Source: an uncultured Gammaproteobacteria bacterium
GTDB lineage: Bacteria; Patescibacteriota; Patescibacteriia; UBA11705; JABHMO01
Reading direction: 5' to 3'
Length of the DNA stretch: 64,000 nucleotides
Assembly: GCA_964486065.1 (NCBI GenBank)
Contig: CAZAKN010000001.1
Location: 16,657-80,656 of the forward strand
Shown: piece by piece, positions 37,776 to 46,142 of the stretch
How the letters are laid out: every line of letters begins with the position of its first letter
Position numbering within the stretch: position 1 is the stretch's first letter
Program-made: the position numbers and the translations under genes
The notes under the pieces: model-generated
What the model saw: the letters and a program-made list of their open reading frames with translations, nothing else
What the model was told of the DNA's origin: nothing
Database searches by the model: none

Positions 37776-39047
37776 TTATTTATTTTCAATTATGTTTTGA
37801 TTGTCCATGTATGGACGCAAAACCATCGGAATTTCAATTTTTCCATGCTTAGTTTGATTGATTTCCAATATCGGGATTAGTAATCTTGGACCGGCCGCCA
37901 CGGTATTGTTCAAAGTATGACAAAAATGTGTTTGACCTTCTTTATCCTTGTAACGCAAATTCAATCTACGCGCTTGAAAATCAAGCAAAGTTGAACAAGA
38001 GTGTGTTTCTCCATAATTATCGCGACTTGGCATCCAAGTTTCAATATCATTCATGTAATGTTTCCCTTGCCCCATATCACCGGTGCAAATATTCAAAACG
38101 CGATAAGGCAAATTTAAACTTTGTAAAAACTCTTCGGAATTGCCAAGCATTTCTTCGTGGAATTGACGACTGACTTCTTTATCATTGCGACAGATCACGA
38201 ATTGTTCCACTTTTACGAATTGATGCACGCGATAAAGACCATGAGTATCTTTGCCGTAACTGCCCGATTCCCTGCGAAAACAAAGTGATAAGGACGCGTA
38301 ACGAATCGGCAAATCTTCTTCTCGCAAAATTTCATTTCTATGCATGGACGCGATGGCGACCTCCGATGTGCCGACCAAATATTTATCATCTTTTTCCAAA
38401 TAATACACATCATCGCTTTCCGCGGGAAGATGCCCCGTCCCCCACAAAGCGTCTTCATCCACCATAACCGGCAAAGACAATAATTTGTAACCTTTGCGAG
38501 CGATGAAATCCTGAGCATATTTCATAAGCGCGCTTTCCAAGCGAGCACCATCACCTTTCAAAGCATAAGATCTGGTCCCTGCAATTTTCACGGCTCTGGG
38601 AATATCAATAATATCCAAAGCTTCTCCCAATTCTTCGTGTGATTTGAATTGAAAATCAAATTTCGGTTTTTCGCCCCATGCTTTAATTTCCACATTATCA
38701 TTATCATCCTTCCCCACCGGAGTTCGTTCATCCACCGGCATGGGAACTTGGAACATTAGCTTTTTGAATTCTTTATCCAAAGGAATTAATTTTTTTTCCA
38801 GCTTTTTCTCTTGTTCTCCCACTTGTTTCATTTCCGCAAATGCTTCCTTTTTTGACTCTTCATCCATTTGTGGAATTTTTTTGGATACCGCGTTCTTTTC
38901 CGCTTTTAATTCTTCCACTTGTTTACGCAATTCTTTGCGGTCTTCCTCCAGTTTTAAAAGCCGATCAAAATTCAAATCAATGTTTTTTTGTTCAGCCGTA
39001 TTTTTGAATAATTCTAAATTTTCACGAATAAATTTAATATCCTGCAT
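37776..39047 (-). CDS. serS: seryl-tRNA synthetase
   Basis: N-terminal long coiled-coil tRNA-binding arm and class-II motifs 2 and 3 in the C-terminal catalytic domain. Confidence 0.95.
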   Translation of the reverse strand: MQDIKFIRENLELFKNTAEQKNIDLNFDRLLKLEEDRKELRKQVEELKAEKNAVSKKIPQMDEESKKEAFAEMKQVGEQEKKLEKKLIPLDKEFKKLMFQVPMPVDERTPVGKDDNDNVEIKAWGEKPKFDFQFKSHEELGEALDIIDIPRAVKIAGTRSYALKGDGARLESALMKYAQDFIARKGYKLLSLPVMVDEDALWGTGHLPAESDDVYYLEKDDKYLVGTSEVAIASMHRNEILREEDLPIRYASLSLCFRRESGSYGKDTHGLYRVHQFVKVEQFVICRNDKEVSRQFHEEMLGNSEEFLQSLNLPYRVLNICTGDMGQGKHYMNDIETWMPSRDNYGETHSCSTLLDFQARRLNLRYKDKEGQTHFCHTLNNTVAAGPRLLIPILEINQTKHGKIEIPMVLRPYMDNQNIIENK

Positions 39048-39135
39048 ATTTTTTAAATATGAATAAATCTTTTAACATTATACAAAATTTAGCCAAATTT
39101 TACAAAATCACAATCAACAATCGTTCACACAATCA

Positions 39136-39160
39136 AAAAACGGGATCTTGCCCCGTTTTT
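39136..39160 (-). terminator. intrinsic terminator after greA
   Basis: AAAAACGGG-atcttgc-CCCGTTTTT: a 9-bp stem with symmetric A/T tracts, 14 nt downstream of the greA stop. Confidence 0.6.
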
Positions 39161-39173
39161 GATGTCATTTAGG

Positions 39174-39635
39174 CTATTTGATTTCAATGATTTTATATTC
39201 CAGCAAACCGATCGGCGCTTCCACTTGAACAATATTACCTGGTTTTTTTCCGATAAAAGCTTGTCCCATAGGAGAATCATTGGAAATTTTCCCGTTGACC
39301 GGATCGGCTTCGTTAAATCCCACAATCGTTAATTCTTTTTGCACGCCGTTTTTTTCCACCACAAAATTTGAGCCGATTTGAATACTTTCTTTATCAGTGG
39401 CGTTTTCCTGCATTATGGCTTTTTTCAAAATTGTCTCAATTTCCACCACTCTGGCCGCGTACATGCCTTGTTGATCCTTAGCATCGTGATATTCCGCGTT
39501 TTCCGACAAATCCCCCATTTCCTTGGCTTCTTCAATTTTTTTGATGATGTCCGGAATTTTAACTTGCTTCAACTCTTGCAACTCTTGCTCCAATTTAGTT
39601 TTTCCTTCCGGCGTTAATATAATTTCTTCATTCAT
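39174..39635 (-). CDS. greA: transcription elongation factor GreA
   Basis: N-terminal coiled-coil with the acidic tip (GDLSENAEY), then a C-terminal FKBP-like domain. Confidence 0.9.
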   Translation of the reverse strand: MNEEIILTPEGKTKLEQELQELKQVKIPDIIKKIEEAKEMGDLSENAEYHDAKDQQGMYAARVVEIETILKKAIMQENATDKESIQIGSNFVVEKNGVQKELTIVGFNEADPVNGKISNDSPMGQAFIGKKPGNIVQVEAPIGLLEYKIIEIK

Positions 39636-39714
39636 ATTTTACGAGTCAATTAAATTCAGGCCCGATCGGACCTGATTGTAAATATATTGTAAACATAATA
39701 AAAAGTGCTGTCAA

Positions 39715-41730
39715 CTAATTATAAACAGTGAAATACCAACTTAGAAATTGATGCGCTATGCGCGCGGCAATACCACTTCCTTCTACTCCTTCTTCCACCA
39801 AAATTACCATGGCCAATTCGGGATTATCATAGGGAGCGAACGCGATCATCCAAGCGTGCGGATCACTATCGGTTTTCCATTGTGCTGTTCCGGTTTTGGC
39901 GGCCGCTCTGACAGGTAACGAACTTAAGATACGGGCACTACCCGATTGTGCGGCTCTAAGCATTCCCGATCTGACGATTTCAATGTTTTCCGCTGAAGCT
40001 ATCCGCGGATTCACGACTTCCGGTTTAACGAAAATATTTTTCTCTCGGTCCTGATCATAATATCTGTCCAAGAGTTGCGGTTTGTATAAAGTGCCACCAT
40101 TGGCAAAAGCCGCGGTATAGGACAAAACTTGAATCGGCGTAACCAAAATATCTCCCTGTCCGATCGCCAAGTGATAAGTATCACCAATGTACCAAGGCTC
40201 ATTTTTAACTTCGCTTTTCCAGTTTGGATCGGGCAAAAATCCATTTCTTTCACCGGGCAAATCTATACCGGTTAATTTATTCAAACCGAATAATTCCGCG
40301 TAATACTTTATTTTATTTACTCCCAAACCGACAAAATCATTATGACCACCACCGATTATGTAGAAAAAAGTGTTTACTGATTCAGCCAAAGCCTTGGTCA
40401 CATCCGTAACTCCGTGCCCGCCGGTTTTCCAGTCCGGGAAAAACCATTCCGATATTCGCAAACCTCCGACACTGACAAAAGAAGTTGTTGCGTCAATAAT
40501 ATTTTCTTCCAATGCCGCTAACGCTACAATCGGTTTGAAGATTGAACCTGAAGGATATTCACCGTTTACCGCGCGATTAAACAAAGGTTTATCTTCATCT
40601 TCAATCAATTTTTGATAATCAGCGGAGGTAATTCCTCGGGTGAATAAATTATTATCATAAGCGGGTAAGCTGACAAAACCAAGTATTTTACCTGTTTGAG
40701 TTTGCATTATCAATCCCACGGCACGATGTTTTTCTTCCTTTTGTAAATGTTCGGTCATGATTTGTTCCAACTTGGCTTGGATGTGAAAATCCAAAGCCAA
40801 ATACAAATTATCTCCTTTGCGCACCGGTTCCTTGGCCAATATTTTTACGATATTACCCGAAGCGTCAATTTCCACTTTTTCAACACCGTAGCGACCTCTC
40901 AATTGCTTTTCATAAGTCGCCTCAATCCCCGTCTTGCCGATAAGATCGTTAAACAAATAACCATGACTACGCAATTCCGCGTATTCATCGGCGTTAATTT
41001 TTCCTTCATATCCGATTACATGCGACAAAGCCAAACTCCTTTCATCCATTTCGCCGAAAATATATTGTCTTCGCGGAGTTACCTCCACGCTCAAGCCCGG
41101 CACGGTCGCGCTCTCAACTCGCATTTTTAACGCGATTTCAGTCGGAATATCACTTAAAACTTCCATCGGTTCAAAATATTCCTTACGCGAAGGCGTTATT
41201 TCCTTGATATTGTTGACACGCACTTTATCTTTTTCGTCCAAGAATATATATTCGTTTAACCATTCTTCCAATCCGGTAATACTCATTTCTGAGTTTTTAA
41301 ATTCTTTCGGCACGATAAAAACTGAAAATGCCGGCACATTGGCCACCAAAGGGACACCGCGACGATCATAAATAATACCGCGCGGGGCTGGTTCAAAAAA
41401 AACGCGAATATGATTATCTTCGGCCAAGACAGCGTAATGCTCACCTTGCCAAACTTGTAAATATGCCGCTCGCGTAAACAAAATAAAAACTCCCAAGAAA
41501 ACCACTATTCCGAAAATCAACAAGGTTTTTGAGGAAACTCCCAAACCCAAAAAATTTTTATTGCCCGCGGATAATTCCTCATTGGAATAATTAAAATACA
41601 CTTCTTCCGCCCAAACTTTGTTATTTCTCGCAGCCAAGCTGGAATCCGTCAAACCTTCAATGTCGGTTAAAAAAATTGACTCATGCTCCTGAGATTTTGA
41701 TTGAAACAATTTTTTTAAAAAATCAAACAT
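39715..41730 (-). CDS. mrdA: penicillin-binding protein 2 (class B transpeptidase) of the rod system
   Basis: N-terminal TM, PBP dimerisation domain, and transpeptidase motifs SGSIFKP (SxxK), SxN and KTG(T) (AAKTGTAQ). Located directly downstream of mreBCD. Confidence 0.85.
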   Translation of the reverse strand: MFDFLKKLFQSKSQEHESIFLTDIEGLTDSSLAARNNKVWAEEVYFNYSNEELSAGNKNFLGLGVSSKTLLIFGIVVFLGVFILFTRAAYLQVWQGEHYAVLAEDNHIRVFFEPAPRGIIYDRRGVPLVANVPAFSVFIVPKEFKNSEMSITGLEEWLNEYIFLDEKDKVRVNNIKEITPSRKEYFEPMEVLSDIPTEIALKMRVESATVPGLSVEVTPRRQYIFGEMDERSLALSHVIGYEGKINADEYAELRSHGYLFNDLIGKTGIEATYEKQLRGRYGVEKVEIDASGNIVKILAKEPVRKGDNLYLALDFHIQAKLEQIMTEHLQKEEKHRAVGLIMQTQTGKILGFVSLPAYDNNLFTRGITSADYQKLIEDEDKPLFNRAVNGEYPSGSIFKPIVALAALEENIIDATTSFVSVGGLRISEWFFPDWKTGGHGVTDVTKALAESVNTFFYIIGGGHNDFVGLGVNKIKYYAELFGLNKLTGIDLPGERNGFLPDPNWKSEVKNEPWYIGDTYHLAIGQGDILVTPIQVLSYTAAFANGGTLYKPQLLDRYYDQDREKNIFVKPEVVNPRIASAENIEIVRSGMLRAAQSGSARILSSLPVRAAAKTGTAQWKTDSDPHAWMIAFAPYDNPELAMVILVEEGVEGSGIAARIAHQFLSWYFTVYN

Positions 41731-41736
41731 ATCAAA

Positions 41737-42276
41737 TTAATGTTTCACCGTATCAATAAAGCCGGCTTGAAAGCGTCTGACAAACAATCCGGACAAAATA
41801 TAGACAAGCAAAATGAAAATCGTATTGATTAGAAGCGACCAAAGGAAGATTTCCGCGTACATGGAAGCATAAGCGAAGCCTTGAAAATTATCCGCTGAAA
41901 AATACCAAACATAAGCGCCAGCACAAAGGGAAATAATCAAGTGATAACAAAAAGTTCCAGCCGCAGTCAAAACGATCAATGAATAAATTGATTTATTGGT
42001 AAACAATACCTGAAACAGATAATAACACAAAAGCAAAGTCGTCAACAAAGCCAACATCACCACGCCGTAACCAAAGCCGGAAAATATTTCCAAAATCACC
42101 GCAAAACCCAAACCGTAAATTAAGGCTTTGTTAAAACCGTAAACCATAAGCAAATAAATCATTAACACCAAGCAAAGATCAAGCTGAGCCGCCCGCCAGG
42201 GCAAATTACCAACCAAGCCGATTTGCAAAGACGCGAATAAAAGAATGCCAAAACTATTTTTGATCGCTGTTTTCAT
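41737..42276 (-). CDS. mreD: rod shape-determining protein MreD
   Basis: 179-aa polytopic membrane protein in the canonical position after mreC. Assigned by synteny and topology. Confidence 0.6.
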   Translation of the reverse strand: MKTAIKNSFGILLFASLQIGLVGNLPWRAAQLDLCLVLMIYLLMVYGFNKALIYGLGFAVILEIFSGFGYGVVMLALLTTLLLCYYLFQVLFTNKSIYSLIVLTAAGTFCYHLIISLCAGAYVWYFSADNFQGFAYASMYAEIFLWSLLINTIFILLVYILSGLFVRRFQAGFIDTVKH

Positions 42277-43078
42277 TTTGACCGATTATAACGCTGATTA
42301 AATCTATTTTATTAAAATCCAGAGGCGAAACCACGGTCACTTCTTGAAACAAGGCTTCCGGCTCTTTTTCAATCGCGCTGACGCGACCGATCAAAATCCC
42401 CGGCGGGACCATATCCTCCAAGCCTGAAGTTACCGACAAATCCCCCACTCTCAATTCATCTTGTTGAGAAATAAATCTCATTTTCATGCCCAATCCGAAC
42501 GCGCCTTCCACCAAACCGATAATTTTTTCATCACTCAAAATTTTCGCGCCGACTTTTGAAAGATCGCTATTCAGAAGCAAAACTTGAGAAGTATAAAGAT
42601 TTGTTTCCGAGATTTTGCCGATAAGCACACCATCACCAGCCAGCACCGGAGCACCCGCCTTCACACCATGTTGCGATCCCAGTCCGATGATAATGGTATT
42701 GAATAATTTATCGGTTCCGCGTCCGATTACCCGTCCGCTGATATATTGATAATTTTTTTCTTCAAAAAAATTCATTTGACCGCGCAAAAAATTATTTTCA
42801 TCACGCAATTCCATAAACTCGGCTTTTTGCAATTGCAATTCAAGATTTTCTTGTCGTAATCGTTCATTAACGGAAGATAATTTTTCACGACTTTGCCAAT
42901 TGTCAAAAATTGAAGCGATTCCAGCACTCAATCGCCCAGTCGAAGACACAATCGGCCTAACCACGACCGATAACGCGCTTTCCAGCGGTTTTAATACACC
43001 GATAAAGTGTAAAAAAAACACAAAGGTGATAATGATCACCCCCGCGATAATGGTTCTTGTTGAATTATCTTTAATCAT
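42254..43078 (-). CDS. mreC: rod shape-determining protein MreC
   Basis: N-terminal TM, coiled-coil region and a C-terminal beta domain with G-rich motifs (GLVEGAFGLGMKMRF). Follows mreB. Confidence 0.8.
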   Translation of the reverse strand: MIKDNSTRTIIAGVIIITFVFFLHFIGVLKPLESALSVVVRPIVSSTGRLSAGIASIFDNWQSREKLSSVNERLRQENLELQLQKAEFMELRDENNFLRGQMNFFEEKNYQYISGRVIGRGTDKLFNTIIIGLGSQHGVKAGAPVLAGDGVLIGKISETNLYTSQVLLLNSDLSKVGAKILSDEKIIGLVEGAFGLGMKMRFISQQDELRVGDLSVTSGLEDMVPPGILIGRVSAIEKEPEALFQEVTVVSPLDFNKIDLISVIIGQNENSDQK

Positions 43079-43092
43079 AAATAATACATAAA

Positions 43093-44148
43093 TCAGTGAA
43101 CCATTTTCTCATCATTAGCGCTCGGCAAGGCCACTTCTTTCAATAAAACTTCATCTTCAATCAAATGATTCAAACCACGCACCGTGCAAGTCATGGGATC
43201 ATCCGCCACGCGGACGGGGATTTCAGTTTCACGCGCCAAAGTTTTATCCAAACCCTTCAAGAGCGCGCCTCCTCCGCAAAGCACGATTCCTTTTTCATAA
43301 ATATCCGCCACCAACTCCGGCGGAGTTATTTCCAAAACACTTTTCACCGAATCAATGATTTTACGAACCGATGAAGCCAAGGCTTCCCTGACTTGATAAT
43401 CCGTTACGGTTAATTCTTTCGGCAAACCGGAAATCAAATCACGACCGCGCATCTCCACGGACATGGCTTGGCCGGCTTCTTCGGTTGAACCGATACTTTT
43501 TTTTATTTCGGAAGCGATAATTTCACCGATTAAAATATTGAAATTGTCTCTGGCGTAATTGATAATATTTTTATTCAAATCTTCACCCGCCAAATCCAAG
43601 CTTTTCCAAATTACCGATCCGTTCAAAGAGATAACCGAAATTTCCGTTTTTCCTCCACCCAAATTGATAATCATACTACCGCTGGCACTCTGGATATTTA
43701 ATCTCGCGCCGATGGCCGCGGCAATTATTTCTTCCACCAAATAAACCTTCCCCGCTCCCGCTCCCAAAGCGGCATCCTCCACCGCTTTCTTTTCCACTTC
43801 AGTAACATCCAGCGGAATGGCGATAATCACGGTCGGACGAGCGGTAAAATTGAAATTCTCATTGAAAATTTTATCAAAAAAATATTTGAGCATTTTTTCC
43901 GTAACTTCAAAATCAGAAATTATCCCCTTTTCCAGCGGATTTGTCAGAGTAATATAACCGGGATTTTTACCAATCATTTTTTTGGCGTCAGAACCCACGG
44001 CGATAATTTGATCCAAACGATTATTGACAGCCACCACGGTAGGTTCACGAATCACAATCCCCTTGTCTTGCAAGCAAATCGTGGTATAAGTGGTGCCCAA
44101 ATCAATACCGATTTTTTGGGAAAATTTACTGAAAAATTTCCTAAACAT
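43093..44148 (-). CDS. mreB: rod shape-determining actin homolog MreB
   Basis: IGIDLGTTYTTI phosphate-1 motif and full actin/Hsp70 fold signatures. Confidence 0.95.
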   Translation of the reverse strand: MFRKFFSKFSQKIGIDLGTTYTTICLQDKGIVIREPTVVAVNNRLDQIIAVGSDAKKMIGKNPGYITLTNPLEKGIISDFEVTEKMLKYFFDKIFNENFNFTARPTVIIAIPLDVTEVEKKAVEDAALGAGAGKVYLVEEIIAAAIGARLNIQSASGSMIINLGGGKTEISVISLNGSVIWKSLDLAGEDLNKNIINYARDNFNILIGEIIASEIKKSIGSTEEAGQAMSVEMRGRDLISGLPKELTVTDYQVREALASSVRKIIDSVKSVLEITPPELVADIYEKGIVLCGGGALLKGLDKTLARETEIPVRVADDPMTCTVRGLNHLIEDEVLLKEVALPSANDEKMVH

Positions 44149-44169
44149 AAAAGCAAATTTCCCCTCCTA

Positions 44170-45414
44170 TTATAAATTTTGAGAAAAATATTTAAATAAT
44201 TCCTTGTTTTTGACCTTGATTTCCTGCGCTTGATCGCGCCATTTTATCGCTATTTCCGAATTTTTCTGATTTTTATCACTGATAACCGCACGCAATGGCA
44301 ACCCGATCAAGTCGGAGTCTTTGAACTTAACACCGGCACTTTCTTCTCTATCATCAAACAAAACCTCATACCCTTCGGAAATAAGTTTATCGTAAATATC
44401 AAAAGCTTGTTTTCTGACTTTTTCATCCTTGCTCAGTAAAATTAAATGAATTTGATAAGGCGCCACTTGTTTCGGCCAAATTATTCCATTGTCATCATGA
44501 TAAACTTCCACGATTGAACCGACCATTCTGGATGGACCGATCCCATAGCAACCCATTAAAACATCTTGTTTTTCACCTTTTTCATCAATGTATTTAAAGT
44601 CAAACGGCGCTGAGTATTTGGTGTTCAATTTGAAAATATTACCCACTTCAATAGCATTGCTTTCTTGAATTTTAGCGCCACATTCAGGACAAGAATCACC
44701 GGCTTTCAATTTACAAATTTCTTCATTTTGAGCCCAATCACAAGCCGGACAATACTTAACCAAGTCCTCCCCCTGCGGAGCAAAGACTTGATACTCATGA
44801 GATAGTTTGGAAAAAGTTCCACCCGATGCTTCCACCACCTTCGCGTCAAGCCCGACTCTTTGATAAATATTTTTATATGCCACCATGGCTTTTTCGTAAT
44901 ATTCATTCAAACTTTTTTCATCCGCGTGAAAACTGTATAAATCTTTCATATTGAACTCGCGTCCGCGTAAAATCCCCGACTTGGCTCTAGGTTCATCGCG
45001 AAATTTATCTTGAATTTGAAAAACCGTAACCGGCAAATCTTTGTAAGACTCAACGAATTTTTGGACCAGCGGAGTAACCACTTCTTCATGCGTGGCTCCG
45101 AGAGCGTATTCCTTCCCACTTATAGATTGCAATTTAAATAAAACATCAAAATCTTCCCAACGACCGGTTTTTTGCCAATTTTCTTTTGGTGATAAGGCCG
45201 GCATTAAAATTTCTTGCGCGCCAATATTGGACATCTCCTCCCTGATCACGCTTTGTACTTTTTGCAAAACTTTTAAGCCCAAGGGTAAATATGTATAAAC
45301 TCCGGCCATTAATTTATCAATATAACCGCCGCGAATCAAATATTGAGCATTGACACTCACTTCTTCCTTACCTATCTGTTTTCTGGTTTTTCCAAACAAT
45401 TGTGATTGAAGCAT
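44170..45414 (-). CDS. proS: prolyl-tRNA synthetase (short form without the INS editing domain, with a zinc-binding C-x2-C...C-x2-C insertion)
   Basis: Class-II motifs and a ProRS-type catalytic core (FRDEPRAKSGILRGREF). The C-terminal anticodon-binding domain is present; CPACDW...CPECG are the cysteine ligands. Confidence 0.9.
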   Translation of the reverse strand: MLQSQLFGKTRKQIGKEEVSVNAQYLIRGGYIDKLMAGVYTYLPLGLKVLQKVQSVIREEMSNIGAQEILMPALSPKENWQKTGRWEDFDVLFKLQSISGKEYALGATHEEVVTPLVQKFVESYKDLPVTVFQIQDKFRDEPRAKSGILRGREFNMKDLYSFHADEKSLNEYYEKAMVAYKNIYQRVGLDAKVVEASGGTFSKLSHEYQVFAPQGEDLVKYCPACDWAQNEEICKLKAGDSCPECGAKIQESNAIEVGNIFKLNTKYSAPFDFKYIDEKGEKQDVLMGCYGIGPSRMVGSIVEVYHDDNGIIWPKQVAPYQIHLILLSKDEKVRKQAFDIYDKLISEGYEVLFDDREESAGVKFKDSDLIGLPLRAVISDKNQKNSEIAIKWRDQAQEIKVKNKELFKYFSQNL

Positions 45415-45426
45415 ATTATTTGCGTT

Positions 45427-45810
45427 TTATTGTTTATTGAATTTTTTATAAGATATAAAGAATAATTCCACCAGTAAAAACAAAACCACCAAAAGTAACA
45501 AATTCCACCAAGCCAAATATCGGAAACTTTGTAAAACCAAAGTAGCCAAAAATAGCAAAGTGAATAAAATTGATTGGCGTGAAGCAATCTTCACATGTTT
45601 ATTGGCCACGGTATCTCGCGACCATAAATAACGAAACAACACGCCTCCCAAATGGAAAGTACTCATAAAGGCCAAAGCTAAAGTAATATAAAATAAAAGC
45701 TTCGACATGATTCCGCCGGACGGATTCATGAAAACAAGTACACAAACCCAAGCCGACCAAGACGCGACCGTAACAAAACTTAATATAATTAAATATCTGA
45801 ATAAACTCAT
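45427..45810 (-). CDS. hypothetical polytopic membrane protein
   Basis: 127 aa with four hydrophobic helices. Confidence 0.4.
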   Translation of the reverse strand: MSLFRYLIILSFVTVASWSAWVCVLVFMNPSGGIMSKLLFYITLALAFMSTFHLGGVLFRYLWSRDTVANKHVKIASRQSILFTLLFLATLVLQSFRYLAWWNLLLLVVLFLLVELFFISYKKFNKQ

Positions 45811-45834
45811 TTTTTCATCTGAATTTTACCATGA

Positions 45835-46140
45835 TTAGCCCATGAATTCAACTTGTTTTTGCACAATTTTTAGCTTAATTACCGTATTTTCTCCAAATTT
45901 ATTATTTATTTGTTCCAGCAACTCCGTTTCGCAAAATTTAACCTCTTGAGCCAAAACCGAACTCTCAACATAAATCATCAAAACTTTGTTTTTTATGGAT
46001 TGCGTTTTAATCCGACCGGCGTTATCGGCTCCAAGTTCACTAAGCAAAATCCGATCAGCGAAATCCACGACCACGGCGGCGGCCACGCTTTTCATCATAC
46101 CACCACTTTTAGTTTCCAGAATTTTTTTTAAATTTTGCAT
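45835..46140 (-). CDS. DUF721 (DciA-like) protein
   Basis: KVLMIYVESSVLAQEVKFCETELLEQINNKFG matches the DUF721 core (Lvv.v.ssawaqeL.f....il..ln). It is transcriptionally coupled to the upstream helicase-nuclease gene. Confidence 0.55.
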   Translation of the reverse strand: MQNLKKILETKSGGMMKSVAAAVVVDFADRILLSELGADNAGRIKTQSIKNKVLMIYVESSVLAQEVKFCETELLEQINNKFGENTVIKLKIVQKQVEFMG

Positions 46141-46142
46141 AA